Below are positions 19,437-27,390 of a stretch of DNA of 64,000 nucleotides, in pieces. How positions within the stretch are numbered: the stretch's first letter is position 1; each line of letters starts with the position of its first letter. A model generated the notes under the pieces. The model was not told the DNA's origin and did not search any database. It saw only the letters and a list, made by a program, of their open reading frames with translations. The translations under genes were made by a program, and so were the position numbers. This DNA comes from Lachnospiraceae bacterium (GTDB lineage Bacteria; Bacillota; Clostridia; Lachnospirales; Lachnospiraceae): the NCBI GenBank assembly GCA_015057055.1, contig SVFE01000001.1:23944-87943 (forward strand). Reading direction: 5' to 3'.

Positions 19437-20434
19437 TGAATAGAAAGAGAAAAGAACGTATCTTATATCCGCAGTGTGAAAATGGCATCTATAGGTATGA
19501 ATACGTAGAAATCGGCGGGATGAAACAATATATTCAAATAAGAGGCAAGGATAAAAGGAATCCGATATTGCTTTTTATCCATGGCGGTCCGGGTGGGTCC
19601 ATGGCCGGTTATGCTCATGTTATGCAGGATTTGTGGGAAGAAAAGTTTACCGTAGTAAATTGGGACCAGAGAAATACCTGTAAGACATACCTTGCAAATA
19701 AGGATAAATCCATGGAGATTGCTAAAACCGGCACCATGGAGGATTACATGGGGGATATCGACGAAATTATCAAATATCTTCATGGCATATACGAATTTGA
19801 AAAGATTATTTTGCTTGGATTTTCCTGGGGGTCTGTAATTGGCTCGGAATATGCAAAGAGGCATCCTGAAAACGTGTACTGTTATATAGGAGTGGGACAG
19901 CTTATCAACTACGCGGAAGGGTTCCGTGTGGTAGGAAAACAGGTGATAGAGCGTGCAGGGCAAAAGAAGAATAAAAAGGATATAGAAAAGATTCATAAAG
20001 TGCTTAATTCGATGCCGGATGGACCGTATATGACTGACGAGTTCATGAAACAGATACAGATTTTTGTCAGAATCAGCAACCAATATTTGTCAGAGAACAG
20101 TAGGAGTTTATCGTGGAAAGATTTTCTGACATCACCGCTTATGGATCGTAAGGCCAGAAAGGCTATGTATGTGCCTCATGAATTGCTGGCCGGGACATTT
20201 AAAACATTGTACGAATTTGATTTTCGAAATGATTTGAATTTTCCGGTACCGGTATATTTTATAACCGGTGAGGAGGATACCGCCTGTCCGCATAGTTTGC
20301 TTAAAGATATTGCAGATGACATCAATGCACCGAAGAAAAAGTTGTTTATTATGGAAAAAGCAGGGCATTGTTGCTTTTATGATAGAAAACAGGAGTTTTA
20401 CAAGCTTTTGCTGGATGTGAGCGATGAGAATTAA
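19436..20434 (+). CDS. Alpha/beta hydrolase, prolyl aminopeptidase (S33)-like
   Basis: HGGPGG oxyanion motif, WDQR, GFSWG nucleophile elbow, GEED and AGH triad positions. Confidence 0.85.
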   Translation: MNRKRKERILYPQCENGIYRYEYVEIGGMKQYIQIRGKDKRNPILLFIHGGPGGSMAGYAHVMQDLWEEKFTVVNWDQRNTCKTYLANKDKSMEIAKTGTMEDYMGDIDEIIKYLHGIYEFEKIILLGFSWGSVIGSEYAKRHPENVYCYIGVGQLINYAEGFRVVGKQVIERAGQKKNKKDIEKIHKVLNSMPDGPYMTDEFMKQIQIFVRISNQYLSENSRSLSWKDFLTSPLMDRKARKAMYVPHELLAGTFKTLYEFDFRNDLNFPVPVYFITGEEDTACPHSLLKDIADDINAPKKKLFIMEKAGHCCFYDRKQEFYKLLLDVSDEN

Positions 20435-20479
20435 GGGGAATGTACACATTCATTTCGATTTTTGGAAGGGATAAAGAGC

Positions 20480-20864
20480 ATGATTGATTTGAAAAATGGC
20501 AGAATTAGAATTGCGGATGATTTAATTATTTATCCGAATTATACATTTGATTTGTTTAAGAAAAGTTCTTTCTATACGAATCAGGATGGCGTTAGAATAA
20601 TAATTTTGGAGAAACAGCAAGTTATCGACGGGAATAAATATATGGCAATGCTTTTCTTTAGAAATAATATATATGTTGTCGCTGGTTTGCTGTGAAGAAC
20701 AGTATTCGGAAGAAAATGAAAAGGAAAGGAAAAAACTGCACGACCGTATACTGGAGAAATATGGTGTTATAGGGAAAGCGGAGTATGCATGGGGAACCGT
20801 TTCGTCAGAATATGACGGACGCAGCAATTGCTGTAGTATTAACTTTGTTTTTTATGGTGAATAA
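20480..20864 (+). pseudogene. Hypothetical gene split by a frameshift in an (AT)4 tract
   Basis: ORFs 20480-20695 and 20673-20864 overlap in different frames; adding one AT at 20667-20674 gives a continuous ...FRNNIYMLSLVCCEE... reading. Confidence 0.65.
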
Positions 20865-20911
20865 TAAGAGAAGCAAATTTTTAGACATCTTTTTATATCG
20901 CTGATAAACCG

Positions 20912-20941
20912 AGCCGATGGGGTTAATCTCATCGGCTTTTT
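20912..20941 (+). terminator. Intrinsic terminator
   Basis: AGCCGATGGG-GTTAAT-CTCATCGGCT then TTTT. Confidence 0.8.
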
Positions 20942-20945
20942 CCGA

Positions 20946-21008
20946 TTCACAACATAAAAAGGTTGTTTCACGCAAAAAAATGTAGCAAAGACACAGACCG
21001 GACGATAT
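20946..21008 (+). promoter_or_regulatory. LytTR-type direct repeats plus sigma28-like promoter (site 1)
   Basis: TTCACAAC (20946) and TTCACGCA (20967) start 21 bp apart; then TAG (20983-85), N16, ACGATAT (21002-08). Confidence 0.6.
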
Positions 21009-21049
21009 ACCTATTGGATAGTATGCTAGTATTTTTGAAAGGACCGGTG

Positions 21050-21643
21050 ATGTTTGTGTCTATGACAATCGGAAATAATATGGGAATCAGTAGTGGTTAC
21101 AAGGTAAGTAAAGCAGGTGGTTATAAAAATGTGCGGGAGTATTCCAATTACTTGTTGGGCAAATACAGTTGCCTGAAACCGGGAAGTAACGTGGCCGTGT
21201 CTGTTACATCAGGAATGCTAAGAAAAGCAATGAGTGATGAGAAAACCGGGCAATGGTTGGAGAGAGAACTTGCCAAAGCACCTGATTATATAAAAGAGGC
21301 ACAGCAGTCTGCCGGTGCTCGCGGGAGTAAACTGTTATCGGTTTCTATAGAGTTTGGAGAAGAGTATACAACTATGTGCACTCTGACAGTTACGGATACA
21401 CCGGGTACGGATGAAGATATTGATAAGTGGCTTGAGAGAGTTGAAGAGAACAGAGAAAAACAAAAGGCGACGGAAAAGAGGAACGAAAAAAGAAGTGCCG
21501 AGAAAAAACTGACAGAGCAGAGAATAGAAGAGTATACTTTCAAAGGACTGGATTTAAAGAGTGTTACCGACAGTTTTATTGCAAAGATGTCTTCGGTACG
21601 TTCTGTAATGCCCAAAGCGTCCGGATTTGACATGAAAGTATAA
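21050..21643 (+). CDS. Uncharacterised protein A, DUF6033-like, ends FDMKV
   Basis: YSNYLLGKY...LRKAMSDEKTGQWLERE aligns by eye with 23952 and 26607; K/E-rich coiled coil; no signal peptide; AAAGGA SD (21062 is an alternative start). Confidence 0.7.
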   Translation: MFVSMTIGNNMGISSGYKVSKAGGYKNVREYSNYLLGKYSCLKPGSNVAVSVTSGMLRKAMSDEKTGQWLERELAKAPDYIKEAQQSAGARGSKLLSVSIEFGEEYTTMCTLTVTDTPGTDEDIDKWLERVEENREKQKATEKRNEKRSAEKKLTEQRIEEYTFKGLDLKSVTDSFIAKMSSVRSVMPKASGFDMKV

Positions 21644-21672
21644 AAGAAATATGAATTGCAAAGGAAGATACC

Positions 21673-22380
21673 ATGCATATAGGAATTTGTGATGATGAAA
21701 AAAACATAAGGGAATTATTAGCCGGTAAAGTGACAAAGCAGTATCCGGATGCCGATATTATATTGTTTTCATCGGGGGAAGAACTACTTTTATCGGACAA
21801 ACAGATAGATATTCTATTTTTGGATATTCAAATGCAAGGTAGAAATGGGATGGAAGCGGCTAGGGAACTTCGTAAGAAGGACAAGGGGGTAATACTTGTT
21901 TTTGTGACCGGAGTGGAGGACTATGTCTTTCAGGCATTTGATGTAGGTGCTTTTCATTACATTGTGAAGCCGGTTGATGATGCGAAGTTTGAAGATGTAC
22001 TTTACAGGGCAGTGTCGGAAGTGAAATCTCAAAAAATGCACGAAAAAGAGCCGGAAGATAAATGTTTGATGATAAATAACGGCGGAGTACACATTAAAGT
22101 GATGATTGAGGATATTGTTTACGCGGAGATATTCAATCGAAAGATAGTTATTCATAAAACGGACGAGACAATTGAGTATTACGGGAAGATGTCTGATCTT
22201 GAAACGTTAGCAGGAGAGAACTTTTTCAGACCGCACAGGGCGTATCTCATCAATTTTAAGTATGTTGAAAAATACGATGCTTCTACAGTTTATCTGGAAA
22301 AAGGAAGTGTTCTTATGGCAAAAGGTAAATTCCCGGAGTTTGTCAAAAGATATATGAAGTATATTCAGCGGAAGGGATAA
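21673..22380 (+). CDS. LytTR-family response regulator (AgrA/VirR-like)
   Basis: Receiver ICDDE...LDIQM...VKP plus LytTR domain FFRPHRAYLIN. Confidence 0.93.
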   Translation: MHIGICDDEKNIRELLAGKVTKQYPDADIILFSSGEELLLSDKQIDILFLDIQMQGRNGMEAARELRKKDKGVILVFVTGVEDYVFQAFDVGAFHYIVKPVDDAKFEDVLYRAVSEVKSQKMHEKEPEDKCLMINNGGVHIKVMIEDIVYAEIFNRKIVIHKTDETIEYYGKMSDLETLAGENFFRPHRAYLINFKYVEKYDASTVYLEKGSVLMAKGKFPEFVKRYMKYIQRKG

Positions 22381-22385
22381 TATTT

Positions 22386-23753
22386 ATGAGTCATATGGAA
22401 ATGTACTGGGCGATAGCCAACCATTCAATATCTATAATTAACATTTTGGTGGAATGCTGGTTGTTTTACCGATTTGTGCAGCCGTTTATGAAAAAAGGGG
22501 CATATTACGCCGGATTAAGTTATTCGGCGACAATGCTGGTTTTTTATTGTGTTCCGCAGGAAATTTATTATCCGTATTTTTTCGCAATTCTTATAGCATG
22601 TGTTACGATGTGCTTGTTGGAAAGAAGAAATATTAAGCAGAAAGTATTTTTGGCAACATGTATGTATCTGTTTCGCTGGGTGGTCTATGGAGTAACATTG
22701 GTACTTAGAGATATACTGTTTGCCCTGTTTATTAATACGCCGTATATGTATACGAGACCGATAAAACAATTATGCGCATATATTGTTGTGGAGACGGTGT
22801 ATTACGCCGTGGCTTTATCGGTAATGTATCTGGTGATTCGATTGATTCACAAAGTGTATATAAATAAAAAAGATGACATTTCCGGTAAAGAATTGTTACT
22901 GCTTTATGCCACTCTGTTAACAGTAATGGTAGGCTATATTACTTTCAATTTCTTTTCTAAGGTATATCTGGAGGACATGGAAGTTTATATCTGGAATGTG
23001 CACCCGGGCTATACTTTTTTGCGGGTAATCTATCAGATTGTTTCGTTTGCGGCAATACTTATCGCTATTGTGATATACCAAAAGATAAAGGAAAAACAAC
23101 GTGAAGATAAGGTTAATATTTTATTGGCAGAGCAGCTGGAAAATACGAAACAGCGTATCAGTGAAGTAGAGAAATTGTACGGAGATATGCGTGCAATGAA
23201 ACATGATATGGGAAATCATATCTCGGTGTTGGAAAACCTAATTATGAAAAATGAAACCGAAGAGGTGGAAAAGTATTTATCCGAGTTAAAAGCATCTTGG
23301 AATGAGAACGGGACAGAAATAAAGACGGGCAATCCTGTCACGGATGTGGTTCTGGCGCAAAAGAGGAGAGAGGCAGAAGAAAAAGGAATCGGGTTTAAAT
23401 GTGAATTCGTTTATCCGACGGATACCAATATCAATGCTTTCGATGTCAGTGTGATTTTAAGCAATGCGCTGGAAAATGCTTTTGGAGGTGCAAGCGGCTG
23501 CGAAAATCCTTATGTTTTGATAAATGCGTATCGTAAGAAAAATGCGTATATGTTGGAAGTGAAAAACAGTATCCTTAAATCGGTAGAGATTGATGGTGAA
23601 ACCGGTTTGCCGGAAACAACGAAGGAAGATAAGGAAAGTCACGGTTTTGGACTTGCCAATATTCGCAAGGTGGCGCAGAAATATTACGGAGACATAGATA
23701 TCCATCAGGATGAAAACAGTTTTACATTGACGGTTATGTTGATGGTTGAATAA
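22386..23753 (+). CDS. AgrC/VirS-like membrane sensor histidine kinase (GHKL)
   Basis: About 7 N-terminal TM helices, H-box KHDMGNH, N-box SNALEN, G-box TTKEDKESHGFGL. Confidence 0.9.
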   Translation: MSHMEMYWAIANHSISIINILVECWLFYRFVQPFMKKGAYYAGLSYSATMLVFYCVPQEIYYPYFFAILIACVTMCLLERRNIKQKVFLATCMYLFRWVVYGVTLVLRDILFALFINTPYMYTRPIKQLCAYIVVETVYYAVALSVMYLVIRLIHKVYINKKDDISGKELLLLYATLLTVMVGYITFNFFSKVYLEDMEVYIWNVHPGYTFLRVIYQIVSFAAILIAIVIYQKIKEKQREDKVNILLAEQLENTKQRISEVEKLYGDMRAMKHDMGNHISVLENLIMKNETEEVEKYLSELKASWNENGTEIKTGNPVTDVVLAQKRREAEEKGIGFKCEFVYPTDTNINAFDVSVILSNALENAFGGASGCENPYVLINAYRKKNAYMLEVKNSILKSVEIDGETGLPETTKEDKESHGFGLANIRKVAQKYYGDIDIHQDENSFTLTVMLMVE

Positions 23754-23761
23754 GAAATATG

Positions 23762-23802
23762 AGACACAGTCTGTACAAAAAAGTGTGGATTGTGTCTTTT
23801 TT
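23762..23802 (+). terminator. Intrinsic terminator after the histidine kinase
   Basis: AGACACAGTCTGTAC-AAAAAA-GTGTGGATTGTGTCT (with G-U pairs) then a T run. Confidence 0.75.
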
Positions 23803-23808
23803 ATTTGC

Positions 23809-23883
23809 TTCACAACAGAAAAAGGTCGGTTCACAACAAGTCTATTTAGTATGAAGTTTACTATTCCGAAATAGGAAGTAGCA
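23809..23883 (+). promoter_or_regulatory. LytTR-type direct repeats plus sigma28-like promoter (site 2)
   Basis: TTCACAAC at 23809 and 23830 (21-bp period); TAG (23847-49), N16, CCGAAAT (23866-72); AAGTAGCA at 23876. Confidence 0.65.
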
Positions 23884-23951
23884 GAAGTGTTTGCATATGG
23901 AGAAACGGATTTCTGAACAAAAAGCAAGGAGGAAAACAAGGAGGTTTACCG

Positions 23952-24917
23952 ATGTCAATTATTTCGAATGTAAGTGGTAGTGGACTAAATGCTCAAAATG
24001 CACATAGGCTGAAAGATATCCAAAGGGCAGAAGGAGCAGAAGAAAATGCAAAAAAACGGATGGAAAGAAATCGTGAAAAAGAGGGTGTGAGTTACGAAAA
24101 AACGATTTCCGATTCTGTAACAGCAGGACTTGCGTTTATGCAGGGCTTGGAAAAACAGTTTGGCGGTACAAAGTTCTTTGTTGGAACAGTAAGTTATGGA
24201 CAGACTTATGGTAATTCTATGGATACGAATTTTGTGGTTAATCCCCAATTTCTTGATAAGTTGGGGACTGATGAAGCGGTCAGAAAACAGTTTGAAGAAG
24301 ACGTCAAATATCTGACAGATTTTTCTGAAAGGTTTCGAAAACAGCAACTTGCATCTGGGCGTGAGATTGTAAATCAGGGGTGGTTTTGTGATGAGAATGG
24401 TAATTGGGGTGGCTGGTCGGTTGGCCGACCAATCAATCAAAACTCTGTTTTGCAGGATATGACAGATAGTGCCGAGAAAATTCGGAAGGAAAAGTTTGTG
24501 GAGCGAGAAAAAGCGGAAGCAGAATTGAAAGAACATTTTGGAGACCGTTTCAAAGGATTTAGTGTGAAATGGGCAGAAGATGATAAAACCGGGGAATCGG
24601 AAGGAACAAAAGACAGGGAAGCTTCTTCCGATGAAGAAAGTGAGACCGTATCAGGTAAAGTTGGTGTAAATGTCGGCAAGACTGCAAGAAAAATTTCGGC
24701 GGCAAAGACAAAGGAACAGTTGCGGATGGTGATGGCTGAAATTAAAAGCGATGCCCAGGTCGTGAAAGCAGGAATTGAAAAGGGTTGGTGCGACGAGACA
24801 GAGTTGGACAAAGTGGAGATGCTTATGTCTATGGCGCAGAATCGCATGGGACAAGTGGAAGATAGAGAGGCAACGCCGGAAGAAGAGAGCATGTTTACTC
24901 TGGCTTCATTATTATAA
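23952..24917 (+). CDS. Uncharacterised protein B, DUF6033-like with an extra C-terminal helical domain
   Basis: FMQGLEKQF...NPQFLDKLGTDEAVRKQFEED...GWFCDENG core; AAGGAGG SD. Confidence 0.75.
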   Translation: MSIISNVSGSGLNAQNAHRLKDIQRAEGAEENAKKRMERNREKEGVSYEKTISDSVTAGLAFMQGLEKQFGGTKFFVGTVSYGQTYGNSMDTNFVVNPQFLDKLGTDEAVRKQFEEDVKYLTDFSERFRKQQLASGREIVNQGWFCDENGNWGGWSVGRPINQNSVLQDMTDSAEKIRKEKFVEREKAEAELKEHFGDRFKGFSVKWAEDDKTGESEGTKDREASSDEESETVSGKVGVNVGKTARKISAAKTKEQLRMVMAEIKSDAQVVKAGIEKGWCDETELDKVEMLMSMAQNRMGQVEDREATPEEESMFTLASLL

Positions 24918-24945
24918 TTTGATAGGAAAAAGGAGGATGTTTCGT

Positions 24946-25731
24946 ATGAAAATTAACGGTATAGACGGAATGAACACTTCAATCAAAGGGATGAATATGT
25001 TGCAATCAAATGATTCTGTCAGTAAAAATATTCAGAATAAAATTGCCAATGCGCAGAAACAGTTGCAGGATCTCTCTTCAAACAAAGAGATGAGTATTGA
25101 AGAAAAAATGAAAAAAAGACAGGAAATACAACAACAAATTGCAGATTTGAATAGCCAACTAAGACAACATCAAATCACCCAAAGAAAAGAGCAACAGGCA
25201 AAAGAAACTTCTATGAATGATATGCTTGGCGCAAGTAAGCAGACTGCTTCCGGAACAGGAAAACGAACCGCAGGTTTATCAAGGGCAAATATGAAAGCTA
25301 TGATTTCTGCGGATTCTGCAATGGCGCAGGCAAAGATACAAGGCAGCGTAGCGGGGCAAATGGAAGGTAAAGCCGGTGTATTGGAAACAGAAATCAAGTT
25401 GGACGCTGCCCGGGGAGTCGACGTGGAAAAAAAGAAAGAGGAACTGGCAGAAGTAGAACAGAAGGCAACTGCGGCAGAGACTGCGCAGCTGAGTACTTTA
25501 GCAGATGCCAATAAGGAACTGGAAGCGGCAACGAAGGAAGAACGGCAGACAAAGCGTGTCGACGAAAAGAATACGAAGGAAGAAAAGACAGAAAATAAGA
25601 TTAGTGTGGATGCTATTGATAATTCGGATGTTGACAATGTGATAAATGAAAATGGTACGGAAATGACAGAAACCGAGGAGCCTCTTTCAAAGGAAACAAC
25701 TTCGTCCGTGCATGTTGATGTTAGAGTATAG
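24946..25731 (+). CDS. FlxA-like coiled-coil protein C, ends VDVRV
   Basis: IQNKIANAQKQLQDLS...KMKKRQEIQQQIADLNSQL pattern typical of FlxA-like proteins; AGGAGG SD before ATG 24946. Confidence 0.7.
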   Translation: MKINGIDGMNTSIKGMNMLQSNDSVSKNIQNKIANAQKQLQDLSSNKEMSIEEKMKKRQEIQQQIADLNSQLRQHQITQRKEQQAKETSMNDMLGASKQTASGTGKRTAGLSRANMKAMISADSAMAQAKIQGSVAGQMEGKAGVLETEIKLDAARGVDVEKKKEELAEVEQKATAAETAQLSTLADANKELEAATKEERQTKRVDEKNTKEEKTENKISVDAIDNSDVDNVINENGTEMTETEEPLSKETTSSVHVDVRV

Positions 25732-25743
25732 GAGGAGATTGCG

Positions 25744-26493
25744 ATGGCAGGAATAAATAAATTTAATCAATATATGAATCTGTATAATTCAGAGGATTAT
25801 TCGTTGTTTTCGGGAGGTGCGCAGTTGCCGTCAATGAGCAGCTCCTATAGCCTTTCGGATTATGCTGCAATAAAGAACGGTAGTTATGGCAAAGCGTTAA
25901 AAGCGTATTATAAAAAAATGGATGCAGAGAAATTATCTTTCGGAGCAGATTCCGCACAAAAGAATTTGCTTATGAAATCCGGCGCCGATGCTTTGGAGAA
26001 ATCTGCGGAGGCTCTAAAAAAGGATACTCTTTGGGAGAAGAAGGAAACCCGGGAAAAAGATGAAGCAACGGGAGAAGAAACTGTAGTGCATGATTATGAC
26101 CGGGATGCTATTGCCAAAGCGGTAAAAACTTTTGTTGAGGATTATAATGATGCCGTGGAACAGGCCGGTGATTCCGATTCAAAAGAGGTATTAAGAAATG
26201 CAATGTGGATGACCGATACTACGGATGCAAACAAAAAGGTCCTTGCAAAAATCGGGATTGAAGTAGGAAAGGGAAATAAGCTGGAGTTGGATGAAGAAAC
26301 CCTCAGAAAGGCGGATATCGGCACGCTCAAAATGCTTTTTACAGGCTATAATTCTTTTGCAGATAAGGTATCCATGAAAGCAAGAAGTATTTCTGCTGCA
26401 TCATCAAAGGCCGGCGTTACTTATACGAGTGACGGAAAGTATAATGACGTAGTGTCGAAACTTGTATCAAAGAAAGTGAACAAAGAAGTATAA
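25744..26493 (+). CDS. Uncharacterised protein D resembling the FliD C-terminal domain
   Basis: AVKTFVEDYN...LAKIGIEV...LELDEETL...LKMLFTG resembles FliD_C; GGAGGAG SD. Confidence 0.6.
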   Translation: MAGINKFNQYMNLYNSEDYSLFSGGAQLPSMSSSYSLSDYAAIKNGSYGKALKAYYKKMDAEKLSFGADSAQKNLLMKSGADALEKSAEALKKDTLWEKKETREKDEATGEETVVHDYDRDAIAKAVKTFVEDYNDAVEQAGDSDSKEVLRNAMWMTDTTDANKKVLAKIGIEVGKGNKLELDEETLRKADIGTLKMLFTGYNSFADKVSMKARSISAASSKAGVTYTSDGKYNDVVSKLVSKKVNKEV

Positions 26494-26519
26494 AATTGCA
26501 TATCCTCTTGTGATGTTTA

Positions 26520-26558
26520 TAATATTTGAGGACAAATATGCCGATATACAAAGTAGCA
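26520..26558 (+). promoter_or_regulatory. sigma28 (SigD/FliA)-like promoter (site 3)
   Basis: TAAT (26520-23), N16, GCCGATAT (26540-47), a perfect SigD -10; AAGTAGCA at 26551. Confidence 0.7.
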
Positions 26559-26606
26559 TAGTATGGGTAAAAGGATTTACCGCGCAAAATACAAGGAGGT
26601 AGCAGG

Positions 26607-27380
26607 ATGGATGTTGGTATAATGAATAGCAGTATTCATGCATCGTCAGAGGCATATGCTGCGAAAGAAGCAAAGCAAACGAAAGAGACAAAGCCGGCGA
26701 AAGAAAACAAACCTACCGAGGAAGTTAAAAAATACGGTGTTTCCGGTAGGACAGTAGGGCAACCGAAACTTAGTGAAAATGCAAAGAAGTATTATGAGGA
26801 ATTAAAGTCTAAATTTCAAAATATGGATTTTATTCTGGTGAGCAAGGATATGAAGGAAATGGCCAAAGCGAATGCCGGAAGTTTTGCTAATCCTCATAAA
26901 ATGGTTGTTTTGATTGACGAAGAAAAAATTGAACGTATGGCGACGGACGAGCAGTATCGCAAGCAATACGAAGGCATTATTGCTTCCGCGGGAAACAAAT
27001 TACCGCAGCTACAAAAAACGCTGGAAAAATCCGGGAAGGTGAAAGCCTTCGGCATGCAGATTAATGACAATGGAGCAGCTTCGTTTTTTGCCGTGATGGA
27101 TAACGCATTTAAGTCCCAGGCCAAACGATTGGAAAAACAAAGAGCCGAGAAAAAAGAAGAAAAGAAAGCGGCAGAGAAAAAAGCGGAGAAAGCAAAACGG
27201 GAGGAACAACTTAAGGAGAAACGCCTTTCGAAAGGCGAAGAATCGGAAACGGTAATATATGCAGATTCGTTCGAAGAGTTAAAACTGAAAGTAGAGGATT
27301 ATATTTTTGAACATATGGCGGACACCGTAAAGACGGATTCTGAAAGATATCTTGGAACGCATATCGATTTCAAGGGTTAG
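26607..27380 (+). CDS. Uncharacterised protein E, DUF6033-like, ends IDFKG
   Basis: YYEELKSKF...IDEEKIERMATDEQYRKQYEG...FGMQINDNG core plus K/E/A coiled coil. Confidence 0.75.
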   Translation: MDVGIMNSSIHASSEAYAAKEAKQTKETKPAKENKPTEEVKKYGVSGRTVGQPKLSENAKKYYEELKSKFQNMDFILVSKDMKEMAKANAGSFANPHKMVVLIDEEKIERMATDEQYRKQYEGIIASAGNKLPQLQKTLEKSGKVKAFGMQINDNGAASFFAVMDNAFKSQAKRLEKQRAEKKEEKKAAEKKAEKAKREEQLKEKRLSKGEESETVIYADSFEELKLKVEDYIFEHMADTVKTDSERYLGTHIDFKG

Positions 27381-27390
27381 GAGGCACGTC

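Noticed and set aside
21644-23951. Hidden AgrD-like pheromone ORF near the two-component genes
   Set aside because: The gaps are too short or filled by terminator and promoter elements; no SD-led small ORF was found.
24775-24945. N-terminal extension of gene C in the ORF track (similarly 2615, 20963, 27352, 47384, 54417)
   Set aside because: These overlap upstream genes, promoters or leaders; a better SD precedes the downstream start.
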